Of a stretch of 64,000 nucleotides of DNA, positions 25,792-33,821 are shown piece by piece. Each line of letters starts with the position of its first letter. The stretch's first letter is position 1. The DNA is from Auanema rhodensis (taxonomy: Eukaryota > Animalia > Nematoda), in contig OZ059896.1 in the NCBI GenBank assembly GCA_964057225.1, positions 13,950,001 to 14,014,000 of the forward strand, written 5' to 3'. The position numbers were made by a program, and so were the translations under genes. Under the pieces are notes generated by a model that worked only from the letters and a program-made list of their open reading frames with translations, was not told where the DNA came from and made no database searches.

Positions 25792-26325
25792 TTAAAAGCC
25801 CCATTTAAAATGCAACTGTCTCACAAATTCTATAGGCTGTGAGATGGGCTCATCGCTAGGCTCTAAATACTGCGAATACACCGAATCCGCAGAGGTCCTT
25901 AGCAATAAGCCCATAGGAGACTGTTCATAAAATAAATAAATTTTAAACAAAATTTTAGACATATAATCATAAAAATCATGAGACTTATGCTCATACCAAT
26001 TCCAAGGGGATGCGACCAGATTTGGGTTTTCATACCAATGCGCGCACAAGTCGGTGAGGCACCATCGCCGGATAGCTGCAACCTCATCCGCTATTTCCTG
26101 CATTAGGGAGAAGTTTACTAATCCCCTTCCCAGATAATGCATCTTTAAATCCTCAATAAACTAAAAATTCTTATTAAGATAACATGTTTCTTTGTTTTAA
26201 CCAACCATCTTAATTATGTCTGGGTGCGGCCTATAAGCTAACACTTCGTCTTGATCATACAAGACGAGGTCAGCGTACAGCTTCCTCAAGACAAAAGTCA
26301 TTCCCGATAGACCTTCATAAGCCAT
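25792..26325 (-). CDS. Predicted two-exon antisense accessory gene, 162 aa, unknown function (exons 26325..26206 and 26160..25792)
   Basis: A 40-codon ATG exon (MAYEGLSGMTFVLRKLYADLVLYDQDEVLAYRPHPDIIKM) is joined in phase 0, across a 45-nt AT-rich GTTGGT...TTTTAG intron (26161..26205), to FIEDLK plus the listed 116-aa ORF. Minus-strand AATAAA at 25770..25775 just after the stop. Confidence 0.6.
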
Positions 26326-26737
26326 TCTTTGATTTATTTTTTTTTTTCAGCTCTACAAATATAAAGATTCTTATGCATAAAAAGGGGACATAAAACGACT
26401 GAAAATCTCTCTCATACTTTCAAGAATTCAATTAGAGTAAAGTATTAAGATTGAGGCTAGAAAGAGCGAAGACCAAAAAAATTTATAATTGATGAACATC
26501 TGTGAAATAGAATAAAGAAAAGAGAATACGGTAGATAGGCGGAGCCAGATCTCAGGCCAAGATTTTAAAACTCTTTCTCATCTAATAACGATTCTCGGCG
26601 AAAGACGCCACGTCTCAATCTTCAAACGTTTCTTACTTTTCCTATAACCGACCCGAATTTCTTGTCACTCATTCAACGTCAACATCCCCCATATAACGAA
26701 ACACTCGCGGTTTTTCCGAACCAAGAGTGATTCCAAA

Positions 26738-29700
26738 GTGGCACGAAGATACTCTTCGGCCGTCCCTGCTCTATACCCTTCTGAGTCCAGTGACGACATC
26801 GCAGTCGCCAGTCGAACCAGAAGCCGCACTCGACTCCTCAGTGTTCAGATTGAAGAGCCTGAACAAGAGGTAAAACCCAAAGTCGAGAAAACCTTCATTC
26901 CTCGAGAAGGCACGTATTCACCTCCGGACAACACCGAGGAGGACCCTGATTTCTATATTCAGGACTACAATATTCAAACTTCAGCTTCAACTCCAAAGAT
27001 AATACCGCTTATAAAGGCCAGACGAGCTGTCAACCCTTCATATTCAATTATTGACTGGGTTTCAGCACATCCCGAGAAGTTTTATTTCTTCTTAAGAAGT
27101 CCCGTATCTGATAAATCCATACAACGTTTCCTTCAAACATACGAAATACACGACCCTGAGGAAGCAATACTTTATTTTCTTGCGCAAAAGGAACTGGCAG
27201 CAACCACTCGCGGCGCTATACGGTATTTAACCTCACAACAATTATTAGAACAGATAGGTGACAGATTAACAGCACACGAATTTGACGAAAAACTGCTAGA
27301 AAAAGACGGATCCTACCGTGAAAGAGCCGAAAGCATAGCGATGGAGTTAGCTTATACACCGGTAATATTTGAAAACAATCTGTCGGTACCATCAAGGCAA
27401 GAGGTTTTAAAATCCTTTGTGAACATGCCGCCGATCCGACCAACTCTAACAACTGACAATGCTGATGAGCGTATAGTACTTAGAAACACTCTTTACTTAT
27501 ACCATAACTTGATGACATTGCGAGTAATAAGGCCAAATAAAACAGCAGCAGCCGTAGATGATGAAAAGTTCCGACAATTAACAATCAATGTGCCAGATAC
27601 CAACAAATTATATCGAGATAAAGATTCTAACTACGGTATATCGATAGGGCCCCACCCTCGCATTCAAAACCCAAGCGCAGATACACGCCAGCTACTTATA
27701 AAAACATTTTTACCACTGTTAGAGGATATTGAAACACCGCCTTATCTGACTAGAAGACTGTCATTAACGACAACAACGGACAAACCCGCTTCACTAGTTC
27801 AGGAGACAACTAAAAGCCATACGACTCGGATTCCGACGACAACCACAGTTGAGACGACAACAGCCGCGATAACTACGACTCTCTCGCCAACAACATTAGC
27901 AACAGTCACTGACACGGCGTCACGAATCTTAAGGAAACAAAGAACATCATCTCCACCCGTAGAAACCAGAGAAATTCAGGCTCAGGCAACGTATACAGCG
28001 TCAAAAGTGAACAACGAAATACAATTCAACCTCAACGTATCTCGCAGAATAGCTCAAGATCATCTACAATATACAACAACACTCATACAAGAAGAGCTAC
28101 AGAAACATTTCATGGAATCTTATGAATCCATATGTGAGATTCAAAATAGATACCTCGAGCTATGGCGTTCTATTTTACACATAGAACCTACAATAGCAAT
28201 GAGGACTATTTTAGGAAGAGAGGATATTGCAGCCCGTTTCGTAGGCAGCGATATAGTTCATGTTCATATATGCCTACCTCTTCAACCTAAAGCTGTTTAT
28301 CATAATCATAAGATCAATGATACATGCTATTTGGAAACACCAGTAATAACAGAAGATGAGAGATTATATTTTGCTGCTCCAGGATCAAGAGACTTATTAA
28401 CACATGGAAAAGAGATAGATTGCGAACATGTACCCACAGATGTATACTATCAAAATGGAGAATGGATAAATATAAATGGATCGGTTGAAGTAAAACCAAT
28501 ATCACTCTTTGATAAAGCGCAATACCACCAATTAACACCTTTAAAGTTCACAGGCGCTAACTTATACACCAATTTATCATTGAGAGTTTACTCAATGTCA
28601 ACAGCTATTGCATATGGAGCAAGTTTAGCATCCATACGACAGAACCATGTTTTACATACTATTCACAACGATCCAAAAATTACGTCCGCCTTTAATCTTT
28701 TGAAAAAGGGCAGTGACTATATCTCTAAAGCAGCTGAGTTCACAACTTCCGCCTGGACTAGCGTAAAGCAATTTCTAATAGGATCAATTGAGAGAACACT
28801 CATCTTCATAGGATCAATGGTTACGATTGCCGCAGTATTAATAATTCTTTTCGTTGTTGCTAAATTTTGGTTCTTCAGAGCCACTCCACTAACCGTAATG
28901 CATGTCCACGAAATAGATAATGAGCCCCCAAGCTATGAAGAAACATTGGAACTTGTAAGCCGCCCAGACCAACAGATGCCAGATAACATCATGAAGCAAT
29001 ACTATCCTGCTTTAGTAACATTTATTCCAATCGCAATACCATTTGTTGCTTCTATTGTATCAGCGGAAACAAAGTTACCATTAATATATATATCAGTTGA
29101 AGATAAACTGATTTTAGCTTTATGGGATTCAGGCTCATCAGTGTCATATGTTAGGCTCTCCACCCTCAAATATCTGAACATGGCCGAAAATGTCAAGAAG
29201 AGACATTTAGTAGCGATGGCAGCCAACAAGTCCACTTTCACATTTTATGGAAAGATAAATCTTGTAATTGAAATTGCCGGTTACGAGATCGAACACACCT
29301 TTTTGGTCTCAAACGATCATGACTGTCCTGCTCCCGCTTTAATTGGACTAGATTTCATGAAAGCGCTTGACAGCGAAAACATCGACGTCAGCCTTAAACC
29401 ATCCAAGAAGAGGTTGGAGATTGGAAACAATGCCATCCCATTAATAGGAAACGAATCTATTAAGCATACGGAGATAACTGTGAATATCATTAATTTAAGA
29501 ACAAAAACATTAAAGCCTGATGAAGAGGCACCTATCCCAATAAAGACAGATAAACCACTAGAATCTAACGAAGTGGTTGTCTTAGGGGATAGTGGAAGCG
29601 CATTAAAATCATTATATCCAACTGCGTTTCGTGATACCAGTGGAGTATATGTTATGTTCCGTAACAATACCGATGAAACAATAGCTATGGAAGCTAATTC

Positions 29701-31726
29701 AGTCATCGGACAGGCAATAATTGGAGAAATTCCGGCTTGTGAACCCTTTAAGCATAAGCCAATTCTACCATATGTTCCGCCAGAGGCCGATTGGGAGAGT
29801 AAACTACCATATTTTCCAAGAGACTTCATAAAAGATCTTGATCTAGAGAATGCTGATCTCACGAAAGAAGAAAAACATGAGCTTACAAAAATAATTGAAA
29901 GCCATCGTGAGGCATTTCTTAACGAGGACAGGAAAATAGGCTTATTTAAAGGTCCTATAGAGCATACCATACCATTGAGAACAGATATGGATATGCCAAA
30001 GCCGAGAATAACACGTATTCCCTTAGGAAAACAGGAAGAAATTGAAAAACAAGTCAAAGAAATGCTTGAGCAAGGCATAATAGAGCCTTCTACATCTCTA
30101 TTTAATAGCCCTGTAGTACTAGTTAAGAAGAAAGATGACACGTATAGGTTTGTGACAGATTTTCGAGCTTTAAATAATGTCACACGCAAGCAAACTTATG
30201 TCATTCCAAGCATTTCTGACATAGTTGATTTGGCAGCAGGCGCCCAATTTTTCTCAAACTTCGATTTAGTGTCAGGATTTTTTCAAATATCCTTGAGAAA
30301 ATCAGATCGACCACTAACAGCATTTACGACCACATCCGGCACATACCAGTACAAACGGATGCCGATGGGCCTTTGTGGAGCCCCTCATACCTTTCAAACA
30401 GCAGTAAGGTATTTGCAAAGTAAATGTTCTTGTAAACTATTTGTTTATTTGGACGATCTATTAGTTATATCTGATACAAGAGAACAACATCTCAAAGATA
30501 TCGATGATTTACTGCAAGCAGTAGAAGAATTGGGAATGAAGATAAAGCTTAAGAAATGCGCTTTTGCTCAACCAGAAGTGAAATTTCTAGGACTTATTGT
30601 AGGACGTCAAGGTATAAAACCTGACCCTCAAAAAGTCGCCGCCATACAAGATTATCCGGCACCAAAGAATGCAACAGGTGTACGAGCATTCTTGGGAATG
30701 GTTGGATTCTTTCGCAAATTCATGAAAGATTTTGCACGTATCGCAAGCCCTTTATACGATCTGACAAAGGCAGATACTGAATTCAAATGGGAAAACAAAC
30801 ATCAAGAAGCTTTAGACCTCCTTAAAAGAAGTTTAATACAGGCACCCGTTTTAAGCCCACCTAAATCGGACCGCTTGTTTATAGTTGAAAGCGACGGTAG
30901 TAACATCGCCATAGGTGCTGTATTATTACAACCGGAAGATCCAAAACAACCTCTGAAAAATCTACACCCTATCGCATTTGCAAGCAGAAAACTAGTTAAA
31001 GCCGAACGTAACTACGCACCAATCGAGATAGAAGCATTAGGCCTTGTATATGCATTAAATCAATTCCGTACATACATTCTTGGAACTCATACTATATGTA
31101 TTACGGACCATCGACCTCTTACCAGCTTAATGACACGCAGAGACTTATTTGGTCGTCTTGCGAAGTTCCAGCTGGTCATCCAAGAATATGATATTGAAAT
31201 AAAATATCGCGCAGGCCAATTAAATAAAGTATGCGATGCTCTATCTCGATATATAGGTGAAGAAGCTAACGATGCTAAGCCGGAAACAAAGAAGAAGAAA
31301 ATGGAAGAAATTCACATTAACGCCATAAATACACCAACAATAAAGGAAATTCAACTAAGCACCCCTTGGATTAAACGGACGATAGCGGAGATTGAATATA
31401 GAGCACAAAAGAACATGACAGCTAATGACAGATATTGTGTCATAAATGACTTGCTCTATACAAAACCAACAGACAAAAAGCCACAACCCGCTATCGTAAT
31501 ACCACAAGAACACCCCATAATTGAGGAAATAATCAAAGTTTTTCATGAGGATCCTACAATTGCAGCACATCAAGGAATTATTAAAACAAAAGAAGCAATT
31601 CTAAGAAGATTCTATTGGACAAATATGCAGAACGACATTACTATATTCATCAAGAACTGCATTAAATGTGCTCAAAGAAAAAAAAGATCCACATTCCATG
31701 ACGGTACAACCAATAGGTCATTTTGA
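26738..31726 (+). CDS. pol: Element 1 polyprotein: short N-terminal segment + partial Env-like glycoprotein + aspartic protease + RT + RNase H + integrase HHCC finger
   Basis: gB-like CEIQN...LW...IAARFVG...C (28124..28282); TM (28799..28876); LWDSGS protease (29126); YLDD (30446); RNase H ESDGS/EIEAL/TDHRPL/DALSR; H-x7-H...CIKC. The listed start is GTG; the frame opens at 26648 and has no ATG until about codon 200. Confidence 0.93.
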   Translation: MARRYSSAVPALYPSESSDDIAVASRTRSRTRLLSVQIEEPEQEVKPKVEKTFIPREGTYSPPDNTEEDPDFYIQDYNIQTSASTPKIIPLIKARRAVNPSYSIIDWVSAHPEKFYFFLRSPVSDKSIQRFLQTYEIHDPEEAILYFLAQKELAATTRGAIRYLTSQQLLEQIGDRLTAHEFDEKLLEKDGSYRERAESIAMELAYTPVIFENNLSVPSRQEVLKSFVNMPPIRPTLTTDNADERIVLRNTLYLYHNLMTLRVIRPNKTAAAVDDEKFRQLTINVPDTNKLYRDKDSNYGISIGPHPRIQNPSADTRQLLIKTFLPLLEDIETPPYLTRRLSLTTTTDKPASLVQETTKSHTTRIPTTTTVETTTAAITTTLSPTTLATVTDTASRILRKQRTSSPPVETREIQAQATYTASKVNNEIQFNLNVSRRIAQDHLQYTTTLIQEELQKHFMESYESICEIQNRYLELWRSILHIEPTIAMRTILGREDIAARFVGSDIVHVHICLPLQPKAVYHNHKINDTCYLETPVITEDERLYFAAPGSRDLLTHGKEIDCEHVPTDVYYQNGEWININGSVEVKPISLFDKAQYHQLTPLKFTGANLYTNLSLRVYSMSTAIAYGASLASIRQNHVLHTIHNDPKITSAFNLLKKGSDYISKAAEFTTSAWTSVKQFLIGSIERTLIFIGSMVTIAAVLIILFVVAKFWFFRATPLTVMHVHEIDNEPPSYEETLELVSRPDQQMPDNIMKQYYPALVTFIPIAIPFVASIVSAETKLPLIYISVEDKLILALWDSGSSVSYVRLSTLKYLNMAENVKKRHLVAMAANKSTFTFYGKINLVIEIAGYEIEHTFLVSNDHDCPAPALIGLDFMKALDSENIDVSLKPSKKRLEIGNNAIPLIGNESIKHTEITVNIINLRTKTLKPDEEAPIPIKTDKPLESNEVVVLGDSGSALKSLYPTAFRDTSGVYVMFRNNTDETIAMEANSVIGQAIIGEIPACEPFKHKPILPYVPPEADWESKLPYFPRDFIKDLDLENADLTKEEKHELTKIIESHREAFLNEDRKIGLFKGPIEHTIPLRTDMDMPKPRITRIPLGKQEEIEKQVKEMLEQGIIEPSTSLFNSPVVLVKKKDDTYRFVTDFRALNNVTRKQTYVIPSISDIVDLAAGAQFFSNFDLVSGFFQISLRKSDRPLTAFTTTSGTYQYKRMPMGLCGAPHTFQTAVRYLQSKCSCKLFVYLDDLLVISDTREQHLKDIDDLLQAVEELGMKIKLKKCAFAQPEVKFLGLIVGRQGIKPDPQKVAAIQDYPAPKNATGVRAFLGMVGFFRKFMKDFARIASPLYDLTKADTEFKWENKHQEALDLLKRSLIQAPVLSPPKSDRLFIVESDGSNIAIGAVLLQPEDPKQPLKNLHPIAFASRKLVKAERNYAPIEIEALGLVYALNQFRTYILGTHTICITDHRPLTSLMTRRDLFGRLAKFQLVIQEYDIEIKYRAGQLNKVCDALSRYIGEEANDAKPETKKKKMEEIHINAINTPTIKEIQLSTPWIKRTIAEIEYRAQKNMTANDRYCVINDLLYTKPTDKKPQPAIVIPQEHPIIEEIIKVFHEDPTIAAHQGIIKTKEAILRRFYWTNMQNDITIFIKNCIKCAQRKKRSTFHDGTTNRSF

Positions 31727-32750
31727 GATACCAAGCAAGCCATTTGAACGAGTCCACATGGACGTAATGGGACCATTTCCCCCTTCAAAAAGAAACTGTA
31801 CCTACGTCATTACCATGCAAGACGCATTTACAAAATGGTCAACAACAATTGCTGTACCACAAATAACAACGGAAATCACAATTGATCGATTTCTAAGACA
31901 TTTCGTTTACATTTTTGGACCACCCCATCGCTTGATCACCGATAGAGGTTCAAACTTTGTATCTAAAAAGTTCGAAGAAATGTGTACTAAACTTGGAATC
32001 AAACATGAACCAACACTACCACACCAAAAGAACTCAAATGGACAAGTGGAAAGACTTCACCGAACCCTCGAAGAAGGATTAACCCACTACTTAAAAGAGG
32101 ACCTTAGTGACTGGGATACTGTATTACCAAAAATCACTTTTGCTATTAACAATATTCAGCACGCGACTACAGGGATTGCGCCATACATTGCATTATTCGG
32201 TAAAGAATGCAGAATGTCAATGGACGCTGAATTACCAGAAACGATCACCAAAATTCAAGAAATTTCTGAAGAATTACTCCAAAGAAGACCAGATATGGAC
32301 AAGAGAGACGAAATAATAAAGAACCGCATAGCTAAAAATCAAGAAAATGCGAAAAAGAAGAAAGATAGAACGCAAAGAGCACACCATAGAGACATTCAAC
32401 CGGGCGACATGGTGATGACGACTATAAAATCACACCAAATCGGCCAAAAGCTTCGGAAAAGCTATGATGGACCATGCGAAGTCATCAACGTAGAAGGATC
32501 AAAAGTTCAAATCAGAAATTCATCAGGAAAACTACAAGATATCCACAAAGATAACTTGAAAATCTTCTCTCCTGCTTCACAAAACATCTCTTACAACACT
32601 CGCGCAAGGTTTCGAGAAAGTCAAGCAGAAGAAGATAGCGACATCGAAATAATAGAAGTGATCAACAGGAACAACAAGGATAGCATAGATACAGAGCCAG
32701 AAGATGAAAATGAAGACGAAATATGGCTTCCGAGGAATGAAGAAGAATAA
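31668..32750 (+). CDS. Integrase catalytic core and C-terminus, displaced from the polyprotein by a frameshift
   Basis: HMDVMGP, ITDRGSNF and GQVERLH (D,D35E) plus a GPY/F-like YDGPC. This region is continuous with the HHCC finger in element 2; here there is an extra A in the A8 run at 31678..31685. Confidence 0.93.
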   Translation: MLKEKKDPHSMTVQPIGHFEIPSKPFERVHMDVMGPFPPSKRNCTYVITMQDAFTKWSTTIAVPQITTEITIDRFLRHFVYIFGPPHRLITDRGSNFVSKKFEEMCTKLGIKHEPTLPHQKNSNGQVERLHRTLEEGLTHYLKEDLSDWDTVLPKITFAINNIQHATTGIAPYIALFGKECRMSMDAELPETITKIQEISEELLQRRPDMDKRDEIIKNRIAKNQENAKKKKDRTQRAHHRDIQPGDMVMTTIKSHQIGQKLRKSYDGPCEVINVEGSKVQIRNSSGKLQDIHKDNLKIFSPASQNISYNTRARFRESQAEEDSDIEIIEVINRNNKDSIDTEPEDENEDEIWLPRNEEE

Positions 32751-32973
32751 CAACAAGATAATGCTACGTTATTTAAATTATTGTAACAAAATAACGATGA
32801 ATTAAAAAAAAAAAAAAAAAATTAATGCTAAATAACATTCAAAATAAAAATAGCATTTAATAGAGATTGAGAAAGGAAAAATAAGGCAAATTCTAAACGA
32901 GGAGATGTTATGACTAATGGTTCCAAGTTACCGTAATCCTATGCGGACTAGAGGACATTTTGACAACCATCCG

Positions 32974-33086
32974 AGCTCCATGTGCCTCTCCAAATAAGAT
33001 GAGATGAACACTGGTAGGCGTATCAACCACAATTTCATCTTAAGTGGTAGTCTCCATTAGTAATCAAGGATTCACTCTGGGAGACA
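32974..33086 (+). other. Conserved structured RNA element in the 3' UTR (homologue at 57157..57267, minus strand)
   Basis: A ~110-nt block is conserved between otherwise unalignable 3' UTRs, with nested stems and a compensatory change. Confidence 0.65.
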
Positions 33087-33444
33087 TATGGAGACACATT
33101 ATTAAATCATAATCTCGGTTCAATTTAGAAATGAGTACTTCTTGAGACCATTAGTCAAAATAATAACATATTCCCATTCATTACTAGCCCCTTTATTCTA
33201 CAATCTCTATTAGGAAATGCTTGAATATTAAGATAATTAATTTATGAAATTAATAATATTCTAATTCATCGTCCCTTCATATTATATTGAACCCTTCTTA
33301 TAAATTATTGTAATTTTGTTTGTATACTAACTAAAACTCTATCATACTATAGTTATTGTGAAGCTAAAACAATTGAACTCTAAAACTCAGTTACATATAA
33401 GCCCAAATTTTTGTTTAAAATATCGCGAGGTCGCGACAATCTTT

Positions 33445-33455
33445 GAAAAAGGGCA
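33445..33455 (+). promoter_or_regulatory. Polypurine tract of element 1
   Basis: GAAAAAGGG-CA immediately before the 3' LTR; identical in element 2. Confidence 0.85.
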
Positions 33456-33821
33456 CGTTCCATTCGGAGACTCTATATATGTAACTGCAGGGTTAGAGCC
33501 AGACCGACTAGAGGAATGAGGAATGGCACCGCCTTCCCTCATGCCCCTATTCGGGAGTTCGCCCCTTTGCAAGCCCATGGACGGTTTGCATCTAACTTAG
33601 TTAATCTTATATATTAGTCTTTGTCTTGTAAATGTAGTTTACTTTATCCTTGTGTTAATGTATTGTAATGATATTGTATTGTGTATAATAAACCTATATA
33701 TTTCCTTATCTTATGTAATCCTTATGCTCTGTTTCCATACCGCTACACTTATGGAATACTATACGCGTAGTTGAGCAGACTACAATGGTCTGTTCAATAT
33801 ACGTAGGAGCATAATGGAACG
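33456..33821 (+). repeat. 3' LTR of element 1
   Basis: Direct repeat of 24442..24807, followed by ATAG and resumption of the array spacer. Confidence 0.97.

Larger units (their letters stand above)
24442..33821 (+). mobile_element. Element 1: Ty3/Gypsy (Metaviridae) LTR retroelement with env-like region upstream of pol, 9380 bp
   Basis: Two 366-bp LTRs, ATAG duplication (24438..24441 and 33822..33825), PBS, PPT, and PR-RT-RH-IN domain order. Confidence 0.97.

Noticed and set aside
29317-30189. 290-aa antisense ORF opposite PR-RT, and other shadow ORFs on both polyproteins
   Set aside because: Codon-register shadows of the sense ORF; the equivalent region of element 2 is split (60129..60485 and 60645..60974).
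32974-33086. Hammerhead ribozyme or SECIS in the conserved 3' UTR block
   Set aside because: There is no CUGAnGA/GAAA core, and the AUGA/GA quartet is not conserved in a SECIS geometry in both elements.
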